Assembly (NCBI GenBank): GCA_038227085.1
Contig: JBBRQA010000001.1
Span: 1,090-65,089 of the forward strand
DNA: 64,000 nucleotides
Reading direction: 5' to 3'
DNA from: Burkholderiales bacterium
GTDB lineage: Bacteria; Pseudomonadota; Gammaproteobacteria; Burkholderiales; Usitatibacteraceae
Of this stretch, positions 18,828-28,682 are shown piece after piece. Position numbers and translations under genes: made by a program. Each line of letters begins with the position of its first letter. Within the stretch, counting starts at the first letter, position 1. The notes beneath the pieces are model-generated. The model was not told the DNA's origin. It saw only the letters and a list, made by a program, of their open reading frames with translations, and searched no databases.

Positions 18828-19733
18828 TCAGGCCTTCTTCGCGGGCGCCTTGGCACGGCGTGCGCGCGGATGCGCCGCGTCGTACACCTTGGAGAGGTGC
18901 TGGAAATCGAGGTGGGTATAGACCTGCGTCGACGTGATGCTCGCATGGCCGAGCATCTCCTGCACCGCGCGCAGGTCGCCGGAGGATTGCAGCACGTGGG
19001 AGGCGAACGAGTGGCGCAGCATGTGCGGGTGCACGTCGACCTCGATCCCGGCGGCCGCGGCCCAGCGTTTGATGCGTCGCTGCACTTCGCGCGGGGCGAG
19101 GCGCCGCCCGGATCTGCCGAGGAAGAGCGCGTTCTCGCCGGGCTTGGCGAGCGCGGCGCGAACCGGCAGCCACGCCGCGATCGCCGTGAGCGCGTGCGCC
19201 CCCACCGGAACGATGCGCGTCTTGGATCCCTTGCCGGTCACGCGCACTTCGCCCGTCGCGGTGTCGATCGCGTTGAGGTCGATGCCGGTCAGCTCCGAGA
19301 CGCGCAGGCCGCAAGAGTAGGCGAGCTCGAACAGCGCGCGATCGCAATGCGCGAACGCGGAGTCGCCCAGCGTCACGAGCTGAACCGCTTCGTCCGGCGA
19401 CAGCGTGCGCGGCAGGGTGCGCGCTGCCTTCGGCCCCTTGACGCCGGAGCAGGGATTGGCCGCGATCTCGCGCTGGCGTTGCATCCATTCGAACAATCCG
19501 CGCCAGCTGGAAAGGATGCGCGCGAGCGAGCGCGGCGACTGGCCCTTCGAATGGAGCTGGGCGACGAAGCGGCGGATGTCGTGGCTGTCGAGCGCCTCTA
19601 GGGGGCGCTCGCCGCTCAATCCGAGGAGGAGCCGCCCGTCGCGCCCATAGGCGGCGAGGGTATTGGAGGCGAGCCGACGCCCGGTACGCAGACTGGAGAG
19701 GTAGCGCTCGAGGGCGCTAGGCGGCGTCGCCAC
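18828..19733 (-). CDS. xerC: tyrosine recombinase XerC
   Basis: Catalytic motifs ...GLRVSEL..., HMLRHSFASH and GHASITSTQVYTH. The dapF-DUF484-xerC synteny is present. Confidence 0.93.
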   Translation of the reverse strand: MATPPSALERYLSSLRTGRRLASNTLAAYGRDGRLLLGLSGERPLEALDSHDIRRFVAQLHSKGQSPRSLARILSSWRGLFEWMQRQREIAANPCSGVKGPKAARTLPRTLSPDEAVQLVTLGDSAFAHCDRALFELAYSCGLRVSELTGIDLNAIDTATGEVRVTGKGSKTRIVPVGAHALTAIAAWLPVRAALAKPGENALFLGRSGRRLAPREVQRRIKRWAAAAGIEVDVHPHMLRHSFASHVLQSSGDLRAVQEMLGHASITSTQVYTHLDFQHLSKVYDAAHPRARRAKAPAKKA

Positions 19734-20403
19734 GGAGCAGGGTCACGAAACGCCACAGCGCGTGGCTCACCAGCTCGCCGATGCGCGCGAGATAGAGCGT
19801 GCCCATCTCGGCATAGAAGCGCTGCGGATCCTCGGAGGCGAGCGCGACCACGCCGAACGCGACCTTGCCGCGCACCAACGGCACCAGCGCGAACGACTTC
19901 AGGTGCGACGCGGCCTCGCCGAACCACGCCTGGCTCTCGTACACCGCGTGCTGCCCGCAGTAGGGAGCCGTCATCTGCTCGACGAACTGGCGCATCTCGG
20001 CGGCGACCGATGCGAACTCCTTGGTCTCCGGGTTCTCCTCGGCGACGTTCCACAGGCGCACCGCGACGTGCGGCACCGCGAAATGGTCGAGGAGATCGAG
20101 GTACAGCGTGTCGAGCACGGCGTCGAGGCTGGGCGCCTCGATCAGGCGGCACGCGAGGCGGTGCACCTTCTCGCTCACCGCGTCGTTCTCCTCGCCGAAC
20201 TGGATCAGCTCGTGCAGCTTGTCCTCGAGGATCTTCGATTTCTCGCGCAGCGCGAGGAGCTGGCGCTCGCCGATCGACACCGCGCGCCCGCCGTGCGGAT
20301 GCGGGATCTGCAAATTGGTGAGGATGTCGACGTTCTGCTCGAAGAATCCCGGGTTGCGGGTGAGAAACTCCGCCACTTGCTCGGCTGTCAGCAACGCTTG
20401 CAT
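19717..20403 (-). CDS. DUF484 family protein
   Basis: Sits in the conserved position between dapF and xerC. N-terminus VAEFLTRNPGFF, followed by a GAF-like C-terminal half. Confidence 0.85.
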   Translation of the reverse strand: MQALLTAEQVAEFLTRNPGFFEQNVDILTNLQIPHPHGGRAVSIGERQLLALREKSKILEDKLHELIQFGEENDAVSEKVHRLACRLIEAPSLDAVLDTLYLDLLDHFAVPHVAVRLWNVAEENPETKEFASVAAEMRQFVEQMTAPYCGQHAVYESQAWFGEAASHLKSFALVPLVRGKVAFGVVALASEDPQRFYAEMGTLYLARIGELVSHALWRFVTLLRGDAA

Positions 20404-20425
20404 CTTTTCTTTTCCCGCCTTCGCG

Positions 20426-21262
20426 CTAGAGGTCGATCTCGCCGTCGAAGACTCTCACGGCGTCGCCCGTCATCATAACGGGGTGGCCCAGCCCCAGCCA
20501 GCGAATCTTGAGGTCGCCGCCGCGCGTGGTGACGGTCACTTCTTCGTCGAGGAGGCCACGGCGAATGCCCGCCACCACCGCGGCACAGGCGCCGGTGCCG
20601 CAGGCAAGCGTCTCGCCGGCGCCGCGCTCCCAGACGCGCAGCTTCACGTGCTTCTTCGAGAGCGGCTGCATGTAGCCCGCATTCACGCGCCGCGGGAACG
20701 CCGGGTGGTGCTCGATGAGCGGCCCCTGTGTCGCGACCGGCGCGCGCGCGACGTCCTCGACGACTTGCACGGCATGCGGGTTGCCCATCGACAGCACGCT
20801 CACCTCGATGGTCGCGCCAGCGACGGTGAGCGCATAGGCGAGCTTCGGCTCCGGGGCGTCGAACGGCACCTCGCGCGGATCGAAGCGCGGCGGGCCCATG
20901 TCCACCGTCACCTGTCCGGAGTCCTCGAGCTTCGGGGAAATCACGCCGCTCGCGGTCTCGACGCGGATCTCGCGCTTGGCGGTAAGCCCCTCGTCCACGA
21001 CGAAGCGCACGAAGCAGCGCGCGCCGTTGCCGCATTGCTCCACCTCGCCGCCGTCGGAGTTGTAGATGCGGTAGCGGAAGTCGGTGTCGGAGTTGCGCGC
21101 CTTCTCCACCACCAGGATCTGGTCGCAGCCCACGCCGAAATGGCGATCGGCGATGCGCCGCGCGAGCTCCGGCGTCAACGCGATCTCCTGCCGCACGGCG
21201 TCGATCACGACGAAATCGTTGCCTTGGCCCTGCATCTTGGCGAAACGGAGCTTGCGGGTCAT
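20426..21262 (-). CDS. dapF: diaminopimelate epimerase
   Basis: [15 protein letters not shown] with the two catalytic Cys contexts (GNGARCF, ACGTGA). Confidence 0.95.
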   Translation of the reverse strand: MTRKLRFAKMQGQGNDFVVIDAVRQEIALTPELARRIADRHFGVGCDQILVVEKARNSDTDFRYRIYNSDGGEVEQCGNGARCFVRFVVDEGLTAKREIRVETASGVISPKLEDSGQVTVDMGPPRFDPREVPFDAPEPKLAYALTVAGATIEVSVLSMGNPHAVQVVEDVARAPVATQGPLIEHHPAFPRRVNAGYMQPLSKKHVKLRVWERGAGETLACGTGACAAVVAGIRRGLLDEEVTVTTRGGDLKIRWLGLGHPVMMTGDAVRVFDGEIDL

Positions 21263-21435
21263 CGGCAGATTCTACCGATGCGCCCCGCTATGTAGGGAAG
21301 CGCACATCAGGCTCGGCGAAATGAGACAATCGCCCTTCCCCTGTAGTCCGATTCTTCGTCCCCGGCCGCGCCTTACCGCTGCGCTCCATTCACCGCAAGT
21401 CGCGCTCGAAATCGAGCGCCCGAAGGGATTCTCCG

Positions 21436-22290
21436 ATGACAGCCCAGGAAAAAGGCGGCCTCGCCGCCATCGTCCGCAACAACGAAGCCGACATCCTCGC
21501 CGAGTGGATTCGCGAGCAGAGCGCCGGCCAGAAGCGCAAGGACCCGATTCAGGAGGTCGAGGCACGGCGCGTTTCCAAGGAATTCCTCTCCGCGAGCGTG
21601 GAGGCGATGAATAGCGGCGCCTCCGTCGAGGGGCGCGAATGGGACCGGGTGCGCGAGATCCTGAGCGAGCTGTCGGCCTCGCGCGCCGCGCAGGGCTTTT
21701 CGCCGAGTGAGACCGCCAAGTTCGTGTTTTCGCTCAAGCAGCCGGTGTTCTCGCGGCTGCGCAACGAGCTCGAGAGCAGTCCGAAGGCCTTCGCCGAACA
21801 GACCTGGCTCGCGACGGTGATGATCGACCAGCTCGGGCTCTTCACCATGGAGGCCTACCAGAAGAGCCGCGAGGGCGTGATCCAGCGCCAGCAGCGCGAG
21901 CTCCTCGAGCTTTCCACTCCGGTGGTGCAGCTGTGGGACGACATCCTCGCGCTTCCCCTCATCGGTACGCTTGACAGCGGCCGCACCCAGGTGGTGATGG
22001 AAAGCCTCCTCGAGAAGATCGTCGAGACCGGCGCCTCGATAGCGATCATCGACATCACGGGGGTGCCGACCGTCGACACCCTGGTGGCGCAGCACTTGAT
22101 GAAGACCGTGGCGGCGGCGCGCCTCATGGGCGCCGACTGCATCATCAGCGGCATCCGCCCGCAGATCGCGCAGACCATCGTGCACTTGGGCGTGGATCTA
22201 TCCGCGGTCACCACCAAGGCGAGCCTCGGCGACGCCTTCGCGATCGCGTTGAAGCGCACCGGGCTCAAAGTCACGCGCGAGGGCGAGTGA
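21436..22290 (+). CDS. rsbR: RsbR-like stressosome sensor (N-terminal RsbR_N/globin-like domain + STAS)
   Basis: STAS region LPLIGTLDSGRTQ...IDITGVPTVDTLVAQHL matches the RsbR phospho-Thr contexts. Confidence 0.85.
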   Translation: MTAQEKGGLAAIVRNNEADILAEWIREQSAGQKRKDPIQEVEARRVSKEFLSASVEAMNSGASVEGREWDRVREILSELSASRAAQGFSPSETAKFVFSLKQPVFSRLRNELESSPKAFAEQTWLATVMIDQLGLFTMEAYQKSREGVIQRQQRELLELSTPVVQLWDDILALPLIGTLDSGRTQVVMESLLEKIVETGASIAIIDITGVPTVDTLVAQHLMKTVAAARLMGADCIISGIRPQIAQTIVHLGVDLSAVTTKASLGDAFAIALKRTGLKVTREGE

Positions 22291-22291
22291 C

Positions 22292-22645
22292 GTGGAGCGA
22301 ATCCCGATCCTGCGCATGGGCCCGTTCCTCCTGGTGACGATCCAGGTCGACATGCACGACCAGCTCGCCCTCACCCTCCAGGACGACCTCACCCAGCGCA
22401 TCGTGCGCGAGAAGGCGCGCGGAGTCCTCATGGACATCTCGGCGCTCGACGTCGTCGACTCCTTCATCGGCCGCATGATCAGCAACATCGCCGCTATGTC
22501 GCGGGTGCTCGACGCGCGCACCGTCGTGGTCGGCATGCAGCCCGCGGTCGCGATCACGCTGGTCGAGCTCGGCCTCGACCTGAAGGGTGTCAGCACCGCG
22601 CTCAACGTCGAAAAGGGGATGACGCTGCTGCAGGCGGCCGCCTGA
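22292..22645 (+). CDS. rsbS: RsbS-like stressosome scaffold (single STAS domain)
   Basis: IPILRMGPFLLVTIQ...DISALDVVDSFIGR (conserved Ser context)...GMQPAVAITLVELG. GTG start. Confidence 0.9.
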   Translation: MERIPILRMGPFLLVTIQVDMHDQLALTLQDDLTQRIVREKARGVLMDISALDVVDSFIGRMISNIAAMSRVLDARTVVVGMQPAVAITLVELGLDLKGVSTALNVEKGMTLLQAAA

Positions 22646-22731
22646 ATTCCACGAGGAGCTCGGGCTCGCCCGTCAATCGCGATGTCGCGCTCGAAGGAAC
22701 CGAGACCCTCCTCCTGAAGGACGGCGAGGAC

Positions 22732-23094
22732 GTGGTGCGCCTGCGCAAGAAGGTGCGCGAGCGCGCCGTGGCGCTGGGCTTCACGCTCGTCGAGCAGACC
22801 AAGATCATCACCGCGGCGAGCGAGCTTGGCCGCAACACCATCCAGTACGGCGGCGGCGGGCAGGCGCGCATCTCGGCGGCAACCAACGGCACGCGCCGCG
22901 GCCTCTTCCTCGAATTCGCCGACCAGGGCCCCGGCATCGCCGACCTCGAGCTCGCCCTCACCGACGGCTACACCACCGGCGGCGGCCTCGGGCTGGGCCT
23001 CAGCGGCGCGCGGCGGCTCTCCGACGAGTTCGACGTCGAGTCGCAGCCCGGCCAGGGCACGCGCGTCACTATCGTGCGCTGGAAGCCTTTCTGA
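22732..23094 (+). CDS. rsbT: RsbT-like serine kinase (HATPase_c_2); the true N-terminus is probably upstream (candidate CTG at 22642)
   Basis: ITAASELGRNTIQYGGGG...DQGPGI...GLGLGLSGARRL. The frame stays open upstream and encodes RsbT-like N-terminal residues, but has no ATG/GTG/TTG. Confidence 0.8.
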   Translation: MVRLRKKVRERAVALGFTLVEQTKIITAASELGRNTIQYGGGGQARISAATNGTRRGLFLEFADQGPGIADLELALTDGYTTGGGLGLGLSGARRLSDEFDVESQPGQGTRVTIVRWKPF

Positions 23095-23153
23095 GCGCCG
23101 ACCGCAACGTTTGCATCGAGCTCGCCGACGGCAGCCACGTCTCGGCCGCGCGC

Positions 23154-24104
23154 ATGGGCGTGCAGGCCCTCGCGCGCGACCTGGGCTTCGACGAGACCCG
23201 ATCCGGCCGCGCGGCGATCGCTGTGACCGAGGTCGCGACCAATCTCTTGCGCCATGGGGGCGGCGGCTCGCTCTTCGCCCGCGCGCTCGCGCGCGGGCAA
23301 TCCCTCGGCATCGAGGTGCTCGCGCTGGACAAGGGGCCGGGGATGGAGAATTTCGCGTGGAGCTCGTTAGACGGGGTTTCCACCGGGGGCACGCAGGGGA
23401 CGGGGCTGGGCGCGATCCAGCGCCAGTCCGACGAGTTCGACGTCTATACCGGGCGCGACCAGGGAACGGTGATGCGCCTGGTCTTCTGGGACCGGGACAC
23501 CGGCCCCGATACCGGATCTTACGAAGTGGGCGCGGTGTGCGTGCCGATGCCGGGAGAGACTCTCAGCGGCGACGCCTGGGGCGAGGAGTTCCACGACGAG
23601 GGCGCCACCTTCCTCGTCTCCGACGGACTCGGGCACGGGCCGGACGCATGCCGCGCCTCCGCGATGGCGGTGTCCGCGCTCAAGAGCCGCCCGCTCGATT
23701 CGGCGATCCGCATCCTGGACCTCGCGCATGGGCGCCTGCGGGCCACGCGCGGCGCCGCCGTCGCGGTGATGCGCCACGAGGCTGCAACGGGCGAGGTCGC
23801 GTTCGCCGGGGTCGGCAACATCGCGTCGTGCCTCTGGGAGGGCGCTGGGATTCCGCGCAGGATGATGGTCTCCCACAACGGCATCGTCGGGCACAACGTG
23901 CATCGCTCGCAGGAGTATCGTTATCCGTGGGAGTCGGGCGCGCTGTTGATCGCCCATTCGGACGGCCTGGAGTCGCGCTGGGACGTGGGATCCTATCCGG
24001 GCCTCGCCGCGTGCCACCCGTCGATCATCGCGGCGATGCTGTACCGCGAGCACTCACGCAAGCGCGACGACGTCGTAGTGCTCGTGGTACGCAAGAGGAA
24101 CTGA
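23154..24104 (+). CDS. RsbT-like HATPase_c_2 domain fused to a PP2C/SpoIIE phosphatase (RsbX-like); the N-terminus is probably upstream (candidate CTG at 23091)
   Basis: N-terminal half: AVTEVATNLLRHGGGG...DKGPGM...GTGLGAI. C-terminal half: GDAWG...LVSDGLGHG...LIAHSDGL. Confidence 0.8.
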   Translation: MGVQALARDLGFDETRSGRAAIAVTEVATNLLRHGGGGSLFARALARGQSLGIEVLALDKGPGMENFAWSSLDGVSTGGTQGTGLGAIQRQSDEFDVYTGRDQGTVMRLVFWDRDTGPDTGSYEVGAVCVPMPGETLSGDAWGEEFHDEGATFLVSDGLGHGPDACRASAMAVSALKSRPLDSAIRILDLAHGRLRATRGAAVAVMRHEAATGEVAFAGVGNIASCLWEGAGIPRRMMVSHNGIVGHNVHRSQEYRYPWESGALLIAHSDGLESRWDVGSYPGLAACHPSIIAAMLYREHSRKRDDVVVLVVRKRN

Positions 24105-24105
24105 C

Positions 24106-26244
24106 GTGGCCATCCGCCTGCTCACCTATGCGCTGAACGTCCAGTCCGACGTGGTGGGCGCTCGCCAGCGCGCGCGCGACGTGGCCGCGCTCCTCGGTTT
24201 CTCCGAGCGCGATCAGACGCGCATCTCGACATCGGTCTCGGAAATCGCGCGCAACGCCTTTCGCTACGCGGGCGGCGGCAAGGTGGAGTTCGAGCTCGAG
24301 GGCGACACTTCGCCGCAGCTGCTCATCGTTCACGTGTCTGACGAGGGCCCGGGAATCGCCAACCTCGAGCAGATCCTCGACGGCAACTATCGCTCGACCA
24401 CCGGGATGGGCATCGGGCTCATCGGCTCGCGCCGGCTGATGGACCGCTGGGAGATCCATTCGTCGGGGCAGGGGACGAAGGTGACGCTTGGCAAGATGCT
24501 GCCAGACGAGTCGCCGCTGATCACGCCGCTCACCGCCGGCAAGCTCCTGTCGAAGCTGGCGAACCTTCCGCACGGCAGCTCGCTTGCCGAGGTGCAGACG
24601 CAGAATGCCGAACTCCTCGCCGCGCTCGCCGAGCTGCAGGACAAGCAGGACAAGCTCCTCGAGCTGGCGCGTGAGCTCGAGGACACCAATCGCGGCGTGG
24701 TCGCTCTCTACGCCGAGCTGGACGAGAAAGCGGTTCACCTGCGCCGCGCCGACGAGATGAAGTCGCGCTTCCTCTCCAACATGAGCCACGAGTTCCGCAC
24801 GCCCTTGAATTCGATGCGTGCGTTGTGCGGCCTCCTCCTGTCGCACGCCGACGGGCCGCTGCACCCGGAGCAGGAGACGCAGGTCAAATTCGTCGCCAAG
24901 GCCGCGGAGGACCTGACCGAGCTGGTGAACGATCTTCTCGACCTGGCCAAGATCGAGGCCGGCAAGATCGAGGTGCGTCCCGTGCAATTCGAGATCGCGG
25001 AGCTGTTCAGCGCGCTGCGCGGCATGCTGCGCCCGCTCCTCGTCGCCGACACGGTCGAGCTCGAATTCGAGGTACCGGTCGGAGTGCCCACGCTTTTCAC
25101 CGACGAGAGCAAGGTATCGCAGATCCTGCGCAACTTCGTCTCCAACGCGCTCAAGTTCACCGAGCGCGGCTCGGTGGAGGTGGCCGCGCGCCTCGACGAG
25201 GACGGCGAGTCGGTAGTCTTCTCGGTGCGCGACTCGGGCATCGGCATCGCGCTCGAGGACATGGAGCTGGTATTCGAGGAGTTCGCGCAGATCCCCAATC
25301 CGTTGCAGCGGCGCGTGAAGGGCACCGGCCTCGGGCTTCCGCTGTGCCGCAAGCTCGCCACGATCCTCGGCGGCGACGTCTCCCTCGAGAGCACCCCGGG
25401 GCAGGGCTCGACCTTCTTCGCGCGGATCCCGGTGCGCTTTCGCGTGGAGGGAGCCGAGCCGTCGCGGGTCGACGCCGGGAGCGAAAGCCGGCGCGCGATC
25501 GACATGGCGGGGCGCTGGGTCCTGGTGATCGAGGACGATCCCGCGGCGCGTATGGTCTACGAGAAGTTCCTCAAGAGCACCGGTTTCGCGGTGATCGCGG
25601 TCGCTTCGTTGGGTGAAGCGCGCGAGATGCTCAAGCTCGCGCGCCCGAGCGCGGTGATCCTCGACATCCTGCTGCCGGGCGAGGAACAACATACCTGGCG
25701 CTGGCTCTCCGAGATGAAATCGCGCGACGACGCGCTGCCGGTGATCGTGGTGAGCAACGCCGAGGACGAGCGCAAGGCCTACTCGCTGGGCGCGGATGCG
25801 TACTTCGCGAAGCCGATCGCGCGCGATTCGCTCATTTCTGCCCTCGAGCGGGTCGCCGCGCGTGCCGGCGAGCGCCTCGCGCTCATCATCGACGACGACG
25901 AGGCCGCGCGCTACGTGATCCGCCGCTCGGTGCGCGCGCCGATGCGCTTCGAGGAGGCGCGCGACGGCGCGAGCGGCCTGGCCCTGGCGAGCCGTTGCCA
26001 GCCTGGCGTGATCTTCCTCGACCTGTCGATGCCCGGCATGCGCGGCGATGAAGTTCTCGAGCATTTGCGCGACGACCCCGCGACTTCCCATATCCCGGTG
26101 ATCGTGGTCACCTCCCACGAGATCGACCCCGCGCTGCGCGCGCGGCTGGAGAGCCACGCTCGCGCCATCCTGCACAAGAAGGACCTGTCGGTGGAGTCGC
26201 TGGCCGGCGCCCTCGAGATCGTGGACCGGCCGCGCGCGGCATGA
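24106..26244 (+). CDS. hybrid histidine kinase: RsbT-like HATPase_c_2 + coiled coil + HisKA/HATPase_c + two receiver domains
   Basis: SEIARNAFRYAGGG...DEGPGI; H-box SNMSHEFRTPLNS; G-boxes DSGIGI and GTGLGL; receiver Asp contexts VILDILLPG and IFLDLSMPG. Confidence 0.9.
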   Translation: MAIRLLTYALNVQSDVVGARQRARDVAALLGFSERDQTRISTSVSEIARNAFRYAGGGKVEFELEGDTSPQLLIVHVSDEGPGIANLEQILDGNYRSTTGMGIGLIGSRRLMDRWEIHSSGQGTKVTLGKMLPDESPLITPLTAGKLLSKLANLPHGSSLAEVQTQNAELLAALAELQDKQDKLLELARELEDTNRGVVALYAELDEKAVHLRRADEMKSRFLSNMSHEFRTPLNSMRALCGLLLSHADGPLHPEQETQVKFVAKAAEDLTELVNDLLDLAKIEAGKIEVRPVQFEIAELFSALRGMLRPLLVADTVELEFEVPVGVPTLFTDESKVSQILRNFVSNALKFTERGSVEVAARLDEDGESVVFSVRDSGIGIALEDMELVFEEFAQIPNPLQRRVKGTGLGLPLCRKLATILGGDVSLESTPGQGSTFFARIPVRFRVEGAEPSRVDAGSESRRAIDMAGRWVLVIEDDPAARMVYEKFLKSTGFAVIAVASLGEAREMLKLARPSAVILDILLPGEEQHTWRWLSEMKSRDDALPVIVVSNAEDERKAYSLGADAYFAKPIARDSLISALERVAARAGERLALIIDDDEAARYVIRRSVRAPMRFEEARDGASGLALASRCQPGVIFLDLSMPGMRGDEVLEHLRDDPATSHIPVIVVTSHEIDPALRARLESHARAILHKKDLSVESLAGALEIVDRPRAA

Positions 26245-27770
26245 TGGACACGGGCGCCGACGTGATCCTCAACGTCGACGACAACGACGCCGCGCGCTAT
26301 GTGAAGACGCGCGTGCTGCGCATGGCGGGCTTCGAGGTGCTAGAGGCCGCCAACGGGGCCGACGCGGTGGTCATGCTTCGGACTCGCAACCCCGAGCTGG
26401 TCCTCCTCGACGTGCGCCTGCCCGACATGGATGGACGCGAGCTCGCCGCCGCCATCAAGGCCGATCCGTCGCTCGCCCGCATCGTGGTGCTGCAGACTTC
26501 GGCCTCGCACATCGAGTCGAAGCATCGCATCGCCGCGCTCGACGCCGGCGCCGACGGCTACCTGGTCGAGCCCATCGAGCCCGAGGAGCTGTTGGCCAAC
26601 GTGCGCGCGCTGCTGCGCATGCGCCGCGCGGAGCGCGAGCGCCAGGCGGCGCTGGAGGCGCTTCAGGAAGCCGACCGCCGCAAGGACGAGTTCCTCGCCA
26701 TGCTCGCGCACGAGCTGCGCAATCCCCTGGCACCGATCCGCAACGCCGTGGAAATCCTGCGCCTGTCGGCCGATCGCCCGGTGCGCGAGCGCGCGCGGGA
26801 GCTGATCGGCAGGCAAGTGGTCCATCTCGCGCGCCTGGTCGACGACCTTCTCGACGTCTCGCGCATCACGCAGCGCAAGATCGTGCTGCAGCGAGCGGCC
26901 GTGAACCTGTCCGCCGTCCTCGATTCGGCGATCGAGCTCGCTGCGCCGCTCATCGCCGAGCGCGGCCAGCAATTCAAGCTGGCGCGCCCCGACGCCGACA
27001 TCTGGCTGAACGCCGACGGCGTGCGGCTCTCGCAGGTGGTCGGCAACCTCCTCCACAACGCGTCGAAATTCACCCCGCGCGGGGGGGCCGTGACGCTCGA
27101 TGTCGCCCGCGCCGGGGGCATGCTGCGCATCGCCGTCTCCGATACCGGCGAAGGTATCTCCCCGCAATTCCTTCCCGCGGTCTTCGAGCTCTTCTCGCAA
27201 GGCGACCGTTCGCTCGAGCGCGCCGGCGGCGGGCTCGGCATCGGGCTGTCGCTCGTGAAAGGACTCGTGGAGCTCCACGGCGGCACGGTGACCGCGCAAA
27301 GTGGCGGCGCGGGCGAAGGCAGCCGCTTCGTGATCGAGCTGCCGCTCGCGGGTCTCGAGATCGCGGAGCCGGCGACGCCGATCCAGCCCGAAGCCCTGCT
27401 GAAAGCCGCGCGACGCGTTCTCGTGGTGGAGGACAACATGGACGCGGCCGAGGCGATGGCGATCCTGCTGCGCGAGCTCGGCCACGAAGTCGTGGCGGTG
27501 AACGACGGGCGCGAGGCGGTGGACGCGGCGCGCGCCTTCCGCCCCGACATCATCCTGCTCGACATCGGCCTGCCGGGCATCGACGGCTTCGAGCTCGCGC
27601 GGCGCTTCCGCGAGCTTCCCGAGACGCGCGCCATCAAGGTGATCGCCGTGACCGGCTACGGGCAGGCCGCCGACCGCGCGCGCTCCAAGGCTTCCGGATT
27701 CGACCTGCACCTGGTGAAGCCGGTCGATCCCGACAAGCTCGCGCGCGCGCTTCTCGAGGCCGAGGCCTAG
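26241..27770 (+). CDS. hybrid histidine kinase: REC + HisKA/HATPase_c + REC
   Basis: LVLLDVRLPDMDG; H-box AMLAHELRNPLAP; DTGEGI and GGLGIGL; C-terminal IILLDIGLPGIDG. ATGA overlap with the upstream kinase. Confidence 0.9.
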   Translation: MMDTGADVILNVDDNDAARYVKTRVLRMAGFEVLEAANGADAVVMLRTRNPELVLLDVRLPDMDGRELAAAIKADPSLARIVVLQTSASHIESKHRIAALDAGADGYLVEPIEPEELLANVRALLRMRRAERERQAALEALQEADRRKDEFLAMLAHELRNPLAPIRNAVEILRLSADRPVRERARELIGRQVVHLARLVDDLLDVSRITQRKIVLQRAAVNLSAVLDSAIELAAPLIAERGQQFKLARPDADIWLNADGVRLSQVVGNLLHNASKFTPRGGAVTLDVARAGGMLRIAVSDTGEGISPQFLPAVFELFSQGDRSLERAGGGLGIGLSLVKGLVELHGGTVTAQSGGAGEGSRFVIELPLAGLEIAEPATPIQPEALLKAARRVLVVEDNMDAAEAMAILLRELGHEVVAVNDGREAVDAARAFRPDIILLDIGLPGIDGFELARRFRELPETRAIKVIAVTGYGQAADRARSKASGFDLHLVKPVDPDKLARALLEAEA

Positions 27771-28660
27771 CGCCTCTTGTAGGGCGACGGCTCCCCCGGC
27801 GGACGCGTCTTGAAGCGCTTGTGCGCCCAGAAGTACTGCTCCGGCATCTCCCGCACGCGCTCCTCGATGAAGGCGTTCATGCGCGCGACGTCCGCTTCCA
27901 CGTCGCCGGTGGGATAGTCCTCCCACGCAGAGTAGAAGCGCGCCACGTATCCGTTGCCCACCTGGCGCGTGATCACCGGGATCACCTTCGCGCCGGTGAG
28001 CTTCGCGAGACGCGGCAGCGCCGTGATGGTCGCGGTCGGCACGCCGAAGAAGGGCGAGAAGATCGCGTCGCGGATGCCGAAGTCCATGTCGGGCAGGAAG
28101 TAGAACGGCTTGCCGCTCTTGATGACGCGGATGACGCTCCTCAGCCCCTCCTGCCGGCTCACCAGGTGCGGGTTGCCGAAGCGTGTGCGCGCCTTGAGGA
28201 AGATGCGGTCGAGCACCGGGTTCTTCTGCTTGCTGTAGATGCTCGAGGTGCCCGGATACTCGTGCGCGACACGGATGCCGCCCATGTTCAGGCCGATGAA
28301 GTGCGGAGCCAGCGCGATCACCGGCCGGCCCCCTTCGGCCGCGGCCTTGAGATGCTCGAGGCCTTCCACCTGGATGAGCTCGAGGAGCTGCTTTTCGCTT
28401 CCCCACACCATCACCGAGAGCTCGACCGCGTTGCGCCCGAGCATGCGGAAATGCCGGAGGCCGAGATCGTGGCGCTCGCGCTCGCTCATCTCGGGGAAGC
28501 AGAGCGCGAGGTTCACGCGCGTCACGCGCCCGCGCCCGAAGCGGTAGAGGACCGAGCCCAGGGCCGCGCCGATCGCGCCGATCCACTGGAGGGGCAGGAA
28601 GTGCACGAGCCAGAGGACGAGCACCCCGCTCCACGTGCCGAGTTTTCTCAGGAGTTGCAT
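27767..28660 (-). CDS. lipid A biosynthesis lauroyl/myristoyl acyltransferase (LpxL/HtrB family)
   Basis: N-terminal TM helix, HFIGLNMGG (HX4D/E-type region) and C-terminal PEQYFWAHKRFK. Confidence 0.85.
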   Translation of the reverse strand: MQLLRKLGTWSGVLVLWLVHFLPLQWIGAIGAALGSVLYRFGRGRVTRVNLALCFPEMSERERHDLGLRHFRMLGRNAVELSVMVWGSEKQLLELIQVEGLEHLKAAAEGGRPVIALAPHFIGLNMGGIRVAHEYPGTSSIYSKQKNPVLDRIFLKARTRFGNPHLVSRQEGLRSVIRVIKSGKPFYFLPDMDFGIRDAIFSPFFGVPTATITALPRLAKLTGAKVIPVITRQVGNGYVARFYSAWEDYPTGDVEADVARMNAFIEERVREMPEQYFWAHKRFKTRPPGEPSPYKRR

Positions 28661-28682
28661 CGCGGCGATGGTAGCGCGTGTC

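Noticed and set aside
18828-19733. Tyrosine recombinase as a marker of an integrated mobile element carrying the zinc cluster.
   Set aside because: The gene sits in the conserved dapF-DUF484-xerC housekeeping arrangement and has XerC-like motifs. No att-like direct repeats, tRNA target or phage or plasmid genes are nearby.
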